Below, in pieces: positions 1 through 9,810 of a stretch of 64,000 nt of DNA (positions are counted from its first letter, which is position 1; each line of letters opens with the position of its first letter). The DNA is from a virus: positions 84,314-148,313 of the IMG/VR virus record IMGVR_UViG_3300044631_002422; one strand, written 5' to 3'. The position numbers and the translations under genes are program-made. The notes under the pieces are model-generated. The model was given only the letters and a program-made list of their open reading frames with translations, was not told the DNA's origin and did no database searches.

Positions 1-116
1 CCGACAATTATTTAACTGGTTTCGATTTCTCTGGTGGAGATACGGAGGGTGGAAATGTAGAAGCTACTCTTAGTTATCAGAATGACAGCAGTGATTTTTA
101 TTTTACAAAGTCATAA
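1..116 (+). CDS. 3' end of a gene cut by the window edge; resembles the C-terminus of the tail-tube protein at 53081-54082
   Basis: Frame from nt 3 reads DNYLTGFDFSGGDTEGGNVEATLSYQNDSSDFYFTKS*, versus KNKLTSISYSGGDTGGGNATVTYSYSNY in 53081-54082. Confidence 0.7.
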   Translation, partial: DNYLTGFDFSGGDTEGGNVEATLSYQNDSSDFYFTKS

Positions 117-135
117 TTCCGTAAAGGAAAAATAA

Positions 136-804
136 ATGGCGAAAAAAAGGCAGGCGCAAAAACAATCAGTAAGACCTTCTCGTAAAACATTAAAACCAAA
201 AACAAAAAATCAAGAAAATTACATTATAGCTATGGCAGAATCAGACATAACATTTTGTTCTGGTCCAGCCGGATCTGGTAAAACTGCGGTTGCAGTTGGT
301 TTAGCTTGTGAATATATTCTTGCAAATAAAGTTGAAAAAATAGTTATAACTCGACCTGTTGTTGAATCTGGTAGAGGTCTTGGGTTTTTACCGGGAACTT
401 TAACCGAAAAAGTACAACCGTATTTAGTTCCAATAATCGAAGAAATGAAACTATATCTTGGTATAGACACATACAATTTAATGCGGGCTTCAAATATAAT
501 AGAGATTTGCCCACTAGAATATATGCGCGGAAGAAATTTTCATAATACATTTATGATTCTAGACGAAGGTCAAAATGCTACATTCGAGCAAATAAAAATG
601 TTTTTAACTAGAATAGGAATAAACTCCAAGGCTATAGTAAATGGCGACCTAGATCAAACTGATTTAAGAGGCGGTGATTACGGCGGGTTACATGAATGCA
701 TGAAACTTTTAGATGACTTAGAGGGTGTAGCTATTTGCAAACTCGATTATTCAGATATTGTTAGAAACGGAATAATATCAAGGGTTTTAAGTAGACTGCG
801 TTAA
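136..804 (+). CDS. phoH: PhoH-family ATPase
   Basis: GPAGSGKT Walker A, ITRPVVE, LGFLPG, YMRGR, ILDEGQN and GDLDQTD motifs. Confidence 0.95.
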   Translation: MAKKRQAQKQSVRPSRKTLKPKTKNQENYIIAMAESDITFCSGPAGSGKTAVAVGLACEYILANKVEKIVITRPVVESGRGLGFLPGTLTEKVQPYLVPIIEEMKLYLGIDTYNLMRASNIIEICPLEYMRGRNFHNTFMILDEGQNATFEQIKMFLTRIGINSKAIVNGDLDQTDLRGGDYGGLHECMKLLDDLEGVAICKLDYSDIVRNGIISRVLSRLR

Positions 805-827
805 CATTAGATTTTTTGTGTTTTATG

Positions 828-868
828 GGCTGCTTTGTATTACTATAAATACAGCAGCCTTTATTTTT
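828..868 (+). terminator. putative intrinsic terminator after phoH
   Basis: GGCTGCT(828-834)...AGCAGCC(853-859) inverted repeat followed by TTTATTTTT. Confidence 0.55.
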
Positions 869-881
869 GATAGGATGGAAA

Positions 882-1235
882 ATGCCAACTTACGATTTTG
901 AATGCGAGCCGTGCGCCTATATCACGGAAATAAGACAAAGTGCCAGTGAACCAAATATATTGAAATGTCCAATTTGCGAACAGGAAACGCTTAAAAAAGT
1001 TTTTATCTCCGCTCCAACTGTATTCGTTCGCGGAGAACCAACAACGATAGGCCAATTAGCAGAACGAAATACAAGCAAAATTGGCAAATATGAGCTAGAA
1101 ACTAAAAGAGAAAGTGATAAAATTCAAACCGCTGTAAGCGAAGAAGTAAAAAAGAAAAGAAAAGAACATAGAGCAATTCAGTCAATGACGCCAGAACAAC
1201 AAGTTAAATATATAAAAACTGGGGAAATGCCTTGA
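882..1235 (+). CDS. FmdB-family zinc-ribbon protein
   Basis: MPTYDFECEPC...CPIC...LKKVFISAP; the ATG at 882 follows AGGA. Confidence 0.85.
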   Translation: MPTYDFECEPCAYITEIRQSASEPNILKCPICEQETLKKVFISAPTVFVRGEPTTIGQLAERNTSKIGKYELETKRESDKIQTAVSEEVKKKRKEHRAIQSMTPEQQVKYIKTGEMP

Positions 1236-1531
1236 ATCCATACGAAGCAAAATTTACTGAACTACTGAAAAAACATTACGAGTCAGTAACTCAACAAATA
1301 ACAGAAAAACCTAGAAAAACAAATCCTCATATTGCAGTTTTGACATTCAAAATTGATGTTCGCGAGCTAGATAATCAAGGTATTATGGGAGAATCTATTT
1401 TGAGCAAGTCGGAATTATTGAAATATGGAATGAGTAATAAAGCACAAATTTTGATCAAAGGCGAAACAGAAGCTGATTGTATAAAAAAAGTAAAAGACAT
1501 ATTGGAGAATATAGATGCAAAATCCAGATGA
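1232..1531 (+). CDS. hypothetical protein
   Basis: 99-aa ORF overlapping both neighbours in operon fashion. Confidence 0.6.
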   Translation: MNPYEAKFTELLKKHYESVTQQITEKPRKTNPHIAVLTFKIDVRELDNQGIMGESILSKSELLKYGMSNKAQILIKGETEADCIKKVKDILENIDAKSR

Positions 1532-1877
1532 TGAAGTTTTATTTAAAGAAATGGGAATACCAGATCCAATACAAACAAAAGTCACATTCTTTGGCAAGGC
1601 GGCAAAAGAGTGCGAAGAATACTCATCGCTTGCTAAAAAGGTTGAAGTTAAATATAGTGTAACTGATTTGCAATACCACTACTTCGTAAGGGTTGGTCGC
1701 GGAGAGTTAATAGACCCATATGAAGCAAATTCAAATTTAAGCAGAAAGCATGTTTCTGAAATGTTTTCCTATAGAAAAGTTAGTGAAAGAGTTTTCAACT
1801 CTTTTTTGAAATATTTGGAAACTAAAAACAGAATACATTTTACTACGGCACGAAGACTTTTATTATCGGAGAGATGA
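1515..1877 (+). CDS. hypothetical protein
   Basis: 120-aa ORF with GGAGA RBS. Confidence 0.7.
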   Translation: MQNPDDEVLFKEMGIPDPIQTKVTFFGKAAKECEEYSSLAKKVEVKYSVTDLQYHYFVRVGRGELIDPYEANSNLSRKHVSEMFSYRKVSERVFNSFLKYLETKNRIHFTTARRLLLSER

Positions 1878-1878
1878 A

Positions 1879-2196
1879 ATGAAAAAGGGACCATTATCTG
1901 GAGAAGACAAAGAATATATCAAAACAAACTACAAAGGTTTGCAAGTTACTGTAATGGCCGAGAAGCTAAAACGGTCCTTGCCTATTGTTCAAAAATTTGT
2001 AGATGAACTATATTCCCAAGAGCCAAAAACCCCAGAAGCAACAGATGCCCAGAATCTTTACGCGCGCAAGCCAGAACGCGGAGTTGTTGTTTCAACTCAA
2101 GCGGCCTCTATGGCGGCAGATGAATCAAAAGAAAAGAAAGACCCCAGTAAAATTAGTCCAAGATACGATAAATTCATTCATAAGATAAAGAAATGA
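1879..2196 (+). CDS. hypothetical protein, possible N-terminal HTH
   Basis: 105-aa ORF; EDKEYIK...MAEKLKRS pattern. Confidence 0.65.
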   Translation: MKKGPLSGEDKEYIKTNYKGLQVTVMAEKLKRSLPIVQKFVDELYSQEPKTPEATDAQNLYARKPERGVVVSTQAASMAADESKEKKDPSKISPRYDKFIHKIKK

Positions 2197-2714
2197 GAAC
2201 AGAAGTTTGTACAAATTTTGATGATTACATGCATTGTTTATGTCATGTAAAAATAAACATGAGTTGGACAGCCGAAATGCAAAATGGCTTGACAATTTAC
2301 GGTGACTATGAACGCCCAGACTATCTCGACTGCTGGACAAGATTCAAGAACTATTGCGAAGAAAATAAAGTAGTTCCAGTTAGAATAAAACTGTATATGT
2401 TCGGCATGAAAGAGTTTATTTTTTTTGAAGACCCCAATGGACTAGATGGCTTTTCAATATGTAGGGGATGCTCAAGAGATCAATCTTTGAGTGGAGAGTT
2501 TAGAGATTTTCAGTTTTTAACAGTGTCGCTTTTGAGGGATGAGTGTGATTATATCAATGTCAGAAAGTTTGCTTGGCCGGAAACAGCTTTTGAAGAAGCT
2601 GAAAGCGTAAGGTTGATAACACAAAATAACATTGAACACATGATATTTAAACATGACTCAGAAAAAGCAAAACACGAAGAAGTTCAGCAGTATCTCAACA
2701 GGGCAACCATGTAG
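2193..2714 (+). CDS. hypothetical protein
   Basis: 173-aa ORF with ATGA overlap. Confidence 0.7.
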   Translation: MRTEVCTNFDDYMHCLCHVKINMSWTAEMQNGLTIYGDYERPDYLDCWTRFKNYCEENKVVPVRIKLYMFGMKEFIFFEDPNGLDGFSICRGCSRDQSLSGEFRDFQFLTVSLLRDECDYINVRKFAWPETAFEEAESVRLITQNNIEHMIFKHDSEKAKHEEVQQYLNRATM

Positions 2715-3123
2715 TGCTGCGCAATACATTGCCGAGCTTGTATGTATAAGAAAATCGGAAAAGGATAACAAAGGAAGTTTAGCTTATAAGTTTTGGAATC
2801 AAACAGAAAGCTACGAAATACAAATTCGTGTAGCCAATAAACTAATAAATAAGTACGGAGAAAGAGCCGTGCTTCATTATTTAAATAGCCCTAGCGGATC
2901 GAATGTTTATTCGCTTGGGTTTTTGCATAAAAGTAAGAATTTTGTTTTACCGTTAGATTTTGTGAAAAAGGGTATTGAAAATTCTAAGAAGATAACAGAT
3001 GCCGAAGACGCAAAACCAAAAAAGATAGTAGAACAACCAACAGGCGAATACAAATCAAAACAATCATTACCAGATAAAAAAAGTTTATTTTTCAAATTGA
3101 GGAAAGCAGATGGCAGTAACTAA
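2653..3123 (+). CDS. hypothetical protein
   Basis: 156-aa ORF directly before the recombinase. Confidence 0.7.
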   Translation: MTQKKQNTKKFSSISTGQPCSAAQYIAELVCIRKSEKDNKGSLAYKFWNQTESYEIQIRVANKLINKYGERAVLHYLNSPSGSNVYSLGFLHKSKNFVLPLDFVKKGIENSKKITDAEDAKPKKIVEQPTGEYKSKQSLPDKKSLFFKLRKADGSN

Positions 3124-5212
3124 AATACCTGATTATCTTAAAAAGTCAGCAAAAGATTATGGACAGATAATTAAAAGTGGTACAGAAGTATTAAAAGAAA
3201 AAAGCAGTTATGAAATTATTTCTGTGGGTCCAGCAATTGATATTGCTCTTGGAGGAGGAATAAAAGAAGGTAGTTGGGTTACTTTAACCGGCGATCCTAA
3301 GAGCGGAAAAGATCAGCCACTGACATCTACAGTTTATACACCAGATGGTCCTAAAACAATGGGATCATTAAAAATTGGAGATTTGGTTTGTACTCCAGAT
3401 GGCGACTTCGCGAAAATAAACGGTATTTATCCACAGGGATTAAAAGATGTTTATAGAGTTACATTTAATGATGGAACTTTTGCGGAGTGCGGGATAGACC
3501 ACTTATGGAAAGTATGCAAAAATTATCACGGAAGAAATGACGAATGGGTAGTTTTACCATTGAGACAGATAATAGAAGAAGGCTTATTTTACAGCGATAG
3601 AGCAAAGTGGAAAATTCCTATATGTGAACCTGTTTATTTCGGCTGTAAAAATCTTGAAATAGATCCGTATATACTGGGGTGCTTAATTGGCGATGGTGGG
3701 TTGTCACAAGGAACTCCTATTATTACCACATCAGATAATGAAATTTTAGAAGCTTTTAAATATTATGCAAAAAATAATGGCTTAGAAATTCATCATAGAT
3801 CAAGATATGATTATTCTATTGTTGGATATGAAAAAAATGTTAATAATTTAACTAATAAGTTAAGAACATTAAATCTTATGGGTAAAAACTCTCATACAAA
3901 ATTTATACCACAAAACTATCTTTATTCATCTATTAATGATAGATTTGAATTAATTCGTGGGCTGATGGATACTGACGGATATAATGACAATGGTAAGTCT
4001 GCTGAATACAGCACTGTGTCATACTTATTAAGTATTCATGTGGCAGAGTTATTGCGTTCGCTTGGGTATATGGTAAAAACAAAAGAAAGAATGACAAAAT
4101 GCAATGGTCAAGAATTTAAATCTTTTAGACTTTATATATCAGGCAATGATGTAAATAAGCTTTTTAAGCTTAGTCGTAAAATTTTCTATTCAAAAAGAAA
4201 AAAACCAAAATTATTCAAAACTATAAAGAAGGTTGAAGTTGTTAGAAAAGAAGAAACTCAATGTATCTTTATTAACCACCAAGACCATCTTTATTTAACT
4301 GATAGTTTTAATGTTACTCACAATACAACTACAGCAATGCAGATAGCCGCTAATTGCCAAAAGCTTGGAAGAAACATAATTTATATTGACGCAGAAGGAA
4401 GATTCAAGGATATGAATTTTCAAGTGGACGGACTAGATCCTGAAAAGATGCTTATTATGGCTCCAGAAGACAAACCTATTCCAGCTGAGAAGTTTCTTGA
4501 ATGGGCTTATATGATGATGAGTCACTCTGACAATTATGGGGCAGTATTGATTATTGATTCTATATCGTCGCTAATACCAGAAAAAGAACTTGATGGAGAT
4601 TTCACTGCTGGCCGCGCTGGATTACCAAAGGTTCTTTCTGTATTCACGAAGAAGGTTGGTCAGTTACTACCGAGGCAACGCGGTCTTGTTATTGCAATAA
4701 CTCATTACATTGCGAATACATCCGGTTTTGGTAAAGCTAAAATGGCTGATGGTGGAAATAAAATTCAATATCAAGCTGACACAAGAATGGAAATTGCTGG
4801 CGGCGGAGAAAATACCCCGGCAGTTAAATTTTGGGAAGATGATGAAGGTAAACGAGTTGGTCAGGTAGTTAACTGGAAAATTATTTGTTCATCTATGGGA
4901 CCACCGGGAGGACAGGTACAGAGTTATATCAAGTACGGCCACGGGATTGACCGAACGCAGGAAATTTTAATGCTTGCTTTAGATCTCGGTTTAATAGATA
5001 AATCCGGCGCTTGGTTTACTTGTTCTTTTATTCAACTTTATAAAGATTTAGCAAAACAAATTTTTCCAGATATAAATGTTGAAAATCAAGAAGAGTTGTT
5101 TTCAGTAAAAGGTTTTAAGTTTCAGGGGCAAAATAAACTATATGATTTTTTGAAATCTCATCCAGTTCTTGTTGATACCCTAGAAAAGATGATAAAGGAA
5201 AACTTAACATGA
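3110..5212 (+). CDS. recA: RecA/UvsX-like recombinase containing an intein
   Basis: IDIALGGG, spliced P-loop GDPKSGK|TT, IYIDAEG, IIDSISSL, GGNKIQYQA, LIDKSGAWF and KFQG motifs. Confidence 0.92.
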   Translation: MAVTKIPDYLKKSAKDYGQIIKSGTEVLKEKSSYEIISVGPAIDIALGGGIKEGSWVTLTGDPKSGKDQPLTSTVYTPDGPKTMGSLKIGDLVCTPDGDFAKINGIYPQGLKDVYRVTFNDGTFAECGIDHLWKVCKNYHGRNDEWVVLPLRQIIEEGLFYSDRAKWKIPICEPVYFGCKNLEIDPYILGCLIGDGGLSQGTPIITTSDNEILEAFKYYAKNNGLEIHHRSRYDYSIVGYEKNVNNLTNKLRTLNLMGKNSHTKFIPQNYLYSSINDRFELIRGLMDTDGYNDNGKSAEYSTVSYLLSIHVAELLRSLGYMVKTKERMTKCNGQEFKSFRLYISGNDVNKLFKLSRKIFYSKRKKPKLFKTIKKVEVVRKEETQCIFINHQDHLYLTDSFNVTHNTTTAMQIAANCQKLGRNIIYIDAEGRFKDMNFQVDGLDPEKMLIMAPEDKPIPAEKFLEWAYMMMSHSDNYGAVLIIDSISSLIPEKELDGDFTAGRAGLPKVLSVFTKKVGQLLPRQRGLVIAITHYIANTSGFGKAKMADGGNKIQYQADTRMEIAGGGENTPAVKFWEDDEGKRVGQVVNWKIICSSMGPPGGQVQSYIKYGHGIDRTQEILMLALDLGLIDKSGAWFTCSFIQLYKDLAKQIFPDINVENQEELFSVKGFKFQGQNKLYDFLKSHPVLVDTLEKMIKENLT
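3311..4324 (+). mobile_element. class 3 intein (338 aa) with LAGLIDADG endonuclease in the RecA P-loop
   Basis: Starts DQPLTSTVYTPDG; block B ECGIDHLW; LAGLIDADG blocks LGCLIGDG and IRGLMDTDG; block F TQCI; ends VTHN followed by Thr+1. Confidence 0.92.
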
Positions 5213-6138
5213 ATTTTTGGAGTCTTCAAAAAGAAGGTAAGATTGATGGAAAATTTTTCTGCAATTTATACAAATGTTGCAAGGAAATAAACATACAGGA
5301 TTTAAAAAATGGAACTCGTAAAAACACTTACGAAGCAATGCAGAGTTATATCAATATCGATGAAAATTCTCCTACTTTAGTAACACATGCTGGAGACTGG
5401 GGAATAAAGAAAAATCAATGTAGTATTACATCTAAAAACATATACGCTTATACTATTGAAGATGCAACTCACGGAGGAGTGTATCTTAATCTAGAAATAG
5501 ATTCAGTTCTGCCAAATGTAAAAAGATGGTTCATGTCAAACATGGGTCAGCTTTTGCATGAAAAGATATACCCAGTTCCGTTGAACATCCTTAAAAAGGA
5601 TTGGCAAGGAATAGATATAAATCAATTGAGACATGTCAAAAAAGAAAAACTATGCTACGCAAATTTTACAATCACTTCTCCGTACAGAATACGGGTAGCT
5701 GAGTGGGCTTGGGGTGAAAAGTATATTGATTGCCATTTCCCGAAACGGTATGCAAATCAAGACATAGAACTTAGTATGCCAATCTTAAAAGAGCAAAGAC
5801 TTTCTATGCAACAATTTACAGAAGTTTTATCTTCTTATCATTTTTGTATTGCGCCAACTGGAAACGGACTCGACACGTTTAGAACTTGGGAATGCATTTT
5901 ATGCAATACAGTTCCAATAGTTCAAGACAATTGGATGAATAGAGTTTTCTCAAAAATATGGCCAATGATCATAGTGCAAAGATATGAATTTACCGATGTT
6001 TACAAAAAGATAAATGAATTTCATGAGCAATATGGGAAAGTAAACTACGATTATTCTTTGCTGCTAGAAGAAAATTTTGATTTACTGCTAGATAGGATTG
6101 AATATGAAAGTAATAGGCTTAGACGGGAATACATATAA
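5209..6138 (+). CDS. exostosin/GT47-like glycosyltransferase
   Basis: FCIAPTGNGLDTFRTWECILCNTVPIV motif. Confidence 0.75.
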   Translation: MNFWSLQKEGKIDGKFFCNLYKCCKEINIQDLKNGTRKNTYEAMQSYINIDENSPTLVTHAGDWGIKKNQCSITSKNIYAYTIEDATHGGVYLNLEIDSVLPNVKRWFMSNMGQLLHEKIYPVPLNILKKDWQGIDINQLRHVKKEKLCYANFTITSPYRIRVAEWAWGEKYIDCHFPKRYANQDIELSMPILKEQRLSMQQFTEVLSSYHFCIAPTGNGLDTFRTWECILCNTVPIVQDNWMNRVFSKIWPMIIVQRYEFTDVYKKINEFHEQYGKVNYDYSLLLEENFDLLLDRIEYESNRLRREYI

Positions 6139-6508
6139 GTGGAATCCAAAATCAGGCTCAGATTCAGCCAAAAGGTCAAAACTTCATGAAAAGGCAAAAA
6201 TAATTCTTGACATATGTTTTCCTTATGATAGAATTCTACAAGAGGTTTCTTTACCCGGAACAAAAACACAAGGAAGAAAAGGAACTCTTCGGGCTGATTT
6301 TTTTATTCCGAATAGGAATCTTGTTGTAGAAATACATGGACAACAACACTTTAACTTTAACAAGTTTCATTTTAAAGATAAATTATCATTCTTTCGCGCT
6401 CAGGCTAGAGACAGGGATAAGCGCGAATGGTGTAATATAAACGAAATTAAGATAATAGAATTCAATTACAACGAGAGTGAAGATGACTGGAGAAGAAAAA
6501 TTAGCTGA
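6104..6508 (+). CDS. Vsr/DUF559-like endonuclease
   Basis: LRADFFIP...VVEIHGQQH...RDRDKREWC. Confidence 0.75.
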   Translation: MKVIGLDGNTYKWNPKSGSDSAKRSKLHEKAKIILDICFPYDRILQEVSLPGTKTQGRKGTLRADFFIPNRNLVVEIHGQQHFNFNKFHFKDKLSFFRAQARDRDKREWCNINEIKIIEFNYNESEDDWRRKIS

Positions 6509-6962
6509 ATTTTTACAAGTCATAGAGGATTGGAAATTCTCTAAACATCTCAAGGAAGTGAAACCGCCAAAAGATGAATCTACATTGAATGCCATTCTAA
6601 ATGGAAATTCCGAATGGTTAAAAATGCTGAACGATAAAGAATGTATGATGTACGCTTATGAACTTTATGTTTATGCTGAATATATTGAAACCATAAAAGC
6701 CAAAGAAAAAACAGTTTTAGAATGGGCGGATTCGTCTATTTGGTTTATAATAGGTGGAGTAATTAACCAGTACGGCAGTCAATACTCAAAGTGGCAAGAA
6801 AAGTATTACGCCGCTGTAAAAGAAAATCCACTCGCGTCAGAGATACTCAAGATTAAAAATCATGCAGAGGCTAGAGTAAGAATGCTTGATGGGAAACATG
6901 ATAGATTGATGAAAATGGCGGACACTTTAAATAATTTAGCGAGGAGAAAGTATGGACAATGA
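6483..6962 (+). CDS. hypothetical helical protein (possibly a recombination mediator)
   Basis: Helical-looking ~160-aa ORF in the recombination cluster; function is a guess. Confidence 0.6.
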   Translation: MTGEEKLAEFLQVIEDWKFSKHLKEVKPPKDESTLNAILNGNSEWLKMLNDKECMMYAYELYVYAEYIETIKAKEKTVLEWADSSIWFIIGGVINQYGSQYSKWQEKYYAAVKENPLASEILKIKNHAEARVRMLDGKHDRLMKMADTLNNLARRKYGQ

Positions 6963-7356
6963 ACATTTAAAAAGCATAGTAGATTCTTTGTCACCGGAAC
7001 AGGTTGCGGATCTTTTACAACAAATACTTAAACAACAATCGGAAAAAAATGAGAAACCTACCTATAAAAGAAATCCACAAACTAGCGAAAAAAATGACAA
7101 CTCTTTTGTAATGAAGCAAGAACAAAGCAAAGTTAGAAAAACACCAGTCACAGAAGGCAGGCGTTTTAATAAGTTTAAAGACACTGGCGAACATCGTGAC
7201 GAAGTAAACAAAACGCCAGAAGTTAATCTAACTGAAAGACGAAGACCAACTTTCAAACAAGTAGACCAAGTTTGTACACGTTGCAACAAAAAAGTTCAGG
7301 TTCATCCCCAACATGCTCGCGATTTTTATGTGTGTGACTCATGCCTAAGAAAGTAG
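6952..7356 (+). CDS. hypothetical protein with C-terminal zinc ribbon
   Basis: CTRC...CDSC; immediately upstream of the helicase. Confidence 0.7.
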   Translation: MDNEHLKSIVDSLSPEQVADLLQQILKQQSEKNEKPTYKRNPQTSEKNDNSFVMKQEQSKVRKTPVTEGRRFNKFKDTGEHRDEVNKTPEVNLTERRRPTFKQVDQVCTRCNKKVQVHPQHARDFYVCDSCLRK

Positions 7357-8813
7357 AAAATAAACTAGAAGACTTAGCTTCAGAAAGAGCCGTTCTGGCA
7401 GCACTTTGCCAACACGGTCTTGATGCATATCTAGATATAGATTTTATTGATTCTAGATCATTTACAGACCCCATGAATCAATTGATATTTGATTGTATTT
7501 ATAAGTCAATTTCTGAAAATACTCAAGTCGAACTATCGTCCATTCTTTCGGCAGCGAATAATCTTGGCGTTGCGGATCAAATAAACAACAAAGATGAAAT
7601 AGCATTTATAAGATCTTTGTTTAATTTTCCAATACACAAATCAAATATTGGAACATACGCTACAAAAATAGCCAAGCTCAAATTGGCTAGAGATTTACTG
7701 AAAACCCTTCGAGCTTGTGAAACTGAACTTAATTCAGTGACAGGCGAAGAAGATATTATTGATATTATATCTAAAATAGAAGAGCCTCTACTTGACGCAA
7801 CTAGCGATATATACCAATCATCAAGCAAAAAAACACAAACTCTTGGCGAGGGATTAGATGAATACTTAGAATATCTTTCAAATAACGTATCTGATTTTGT
7901 TGGAATATCTAGCGGTTTTCCAGCTTATGATGCTGCGATTGGCGGAGGTCTTCGTAGAAAATCTGTTGATCTTGTCGCCGCAAGACCAAAAGTAGGCAAA
8001 TCAATGTTTGGTGATGCGGTCGCTTTGCATGTAGCCAGCAAGTTGAATGTACCTGTTTTAGTTCTTGATACAGAAATGTCTAAAGAAGATCATTATAATA
8101 GAATTCTCGCGAACTTGTCTGGTGTTGAAATCAATAGAATTTCTACTGGAAAGTTTACTGAAAATGAAATAGATAAAGAGAAGGTATTTAACGCTGCAAA
8201 AAAACTAAAAGAAATACCATATCATTATATTAGTATTTCTGGAGAGTCTTTCGAGAACATACTCAGTCAAACAAGAAAATGGATTTACCAGCATGTTGGA
8301 TTTGATGAAAACGGAAAAACAAAAGATTGTTTGATAGTTTATGACTATCTCAAACTAATGGGATCGGAAGGCATTAGCGCTGCTATGCAAGAGTATCAAG
8401 TGCTTGGTTTTCAAATTACTAAACTGCATAACTTTACAGTCAAGTATGATGTTCCATGTTTAGCTTTTGTACAATTGAATAGAGATGGTATCACTAAAGA
8501 AAGCACAGACGCTGTTTCTGGTTCGGATCGTTTGATTTGGCTTTGTACTAGTTTTTCAATTTTTAAATTGAAATCAGATGAAGAAAAAGCAACCGATGGT
8601 GTAAACAATGGTGACAGAAAACTTGTACCAGTTGTTTCTAGACATGGCGAAGGGTTGTGTGATGGTGATTATATTAGTATGAAGATGCATGGTCGTTACG
8701 GAAGAATTGAACAGGGTTTAACGAGAAATGAAATTCACGAAAACAATAAAGTCAGACAAGAAGGTTTTGAAACAGACAACATTAACGAAGGAGAAGATCT
8801 CATCGTTATGTGA
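7341..8813 (+). CDS. dnaB: DnaB-like replicative helicase
   Basis: SERAVLAAL N-domain, ARPKVGKS Walker A, TEMS, VYDYLKLM and QLNR motifs. Confidence 0.93.
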   Translation: MPKKVENKLEDLASERAVLAALCQHGLDAYLDIDFIDSRSFTDPMNQLIFDCIYKSISENTQVELSSILSAANNLGVADQINNKDEIAFIRSLFNFPIHKSNIGTYATKIAKLKLARDLLKTLRACETELNSVTGEEDIIDIISKIEEPLLDATSDIYQSSSKKTQTLGEGLDEYLEYLSNNVSDFVGISSGFPAYDAAIGGGLRRKSVDLVAARPKVGKSMFGDAVALHVASKLNVPVLVLDTEMSKEDHYNRILANLSGVEINRISTGKFTENEIDKEKVFNAAKKLKEIPYHYISISGESFENILSQTRKWIYQHVGFDENGKTKDCLIVYDYLKLMGSEGISAAMQEYQVLGFQITKLHNFTVKYDVPCLAFVQLNRDGITKESTDAVSGSDRLIWLCTSFSIFKLKSDEEKATDGVNNGDRKLVPVVSRHGEGLCDGDYISMKMHGRYGRIEQGLTRNEIHENNKVRQEGFETDNINEGEDLIVM

Positions 8814-9810
8814 TGAAGTCTTTTTGAAGATTGATGATTTATTAGAAAAGCTTGAAATTGACTATGTTAAATACCCAAATAGACTAGCGTTTCCATGTCC
8901 AGTGCATGGAGGCGATAATCCAGAGGCTTGTTGTATTTTTACTGATGGAATTAGTAATCAGGGTAATTGGGCTTGTTGGACTCATTCCTGCCATGAAGAA
9001 TATGTAAATAATCTTTTTGGTTTTGTTCGGGGTTGTTTATCATACAAACAAAACAAACCAGTTTCCATGATTGAAACATCTAATTTTTTATGCGACTTTA
9101 TATCGAAAGATATCGACGAATTGGAAGTTAAGCAAGTAAGAGAATCTAAGAGTCTTGATATTTTCAATAGAAAAATAACGAGAGCTACATCTAACATTTC
9201 TCGCGAAGAAATAAGAGATAGAATACAAATACCTTCTGAATATTACATTCGCAGAGGATACTCGTCTGAAATTCTTAATTTATTTGACGTTGGAGAATGT
9301 TTGACAGAAAATCAGCCAATGAGTGGTCGTGTAGTCGTTCCAATTTATGACGAGGGCTCTAACTATGTAGGATGCGTTGGAAGATCAATCAAAGAGCATA
9401 TAAATCCAAAATGGCTACATAGTAAAAACTTCACTAAGAATGTTTTGTATGGAATGAATCTTGCAAAAGAATGTATATTGAAAACAAGAACGGTCGCAAT
9501 TGTCGAAGGACAGGGCGATGTATGGAGGGCGTTTGAAGCTGGATTAAACTTTACTGTAGGAATATTTGGATGTAGTTTAAATGACGATCAATTGATATTA
9601 CTAGAGCAAAGTGGAGCTTTAAATGCCATAATACTAACAGATCAAGACGAAGCAGGAAATAAAGCGGCAGAGCAAATAATGCATAAATGCGGTCGTAGAT
9701 TTAACTATATAAGACCAAACTGGTCAACAAAAGATATTGGTGATTTAACAGTCGAACAAATTAAAACAGAAATATATCCTCAGTTGAAAGGACTTGTTGA
9801 TGAAAACTAG
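8728..9810 (+). CDS. dnaG: DnaG-like primase (true start possibly TTG near 8767)
   Basis: CPVHGGDN zinc finger, GRVVVPI, VGR, TOPRIM VEGQGD...DQDEAG and KDIGD. Confidence 0.9.
   Translation: MKFTKTIKSDKKVLKQTTLTKEKISSLCDEVFLKIDDLLEKLEIDYVKYPNRLAFPCPVHGGDNPEACCIFTDGISNQGNWACWTHSCHEEYVNNLFGFVRGCLSYKQNKPVSMIETSNFLCDFISKDIDELEVKQVRESKSLDIFNRKITRATSNISREEIRDRIQIPSEYYIRRGYSSEILNLFDVGECLTENQPMSGRVVVPIYDEGSNYVGCVGRSIKEHINPKWLHSKNFTKNVLYGMNLAKECILKTRTVAIVEGQGDVWRAFEAGLNFTVGIFGCSLNDDQLILLEQSGALNAIILTDQDEAGNKAAEQIMHKCGRRFNYIRPNWSTKDIGDLTVEQIKTEIYPQLKGLVDEN

Noticed and set aside
844-851. TATAAATA as a T4-type late promoter
   Set aside because: A single intergenic instance inside a terminator-like hairpin in AT-rich DNA; the gene content is not T4-like.
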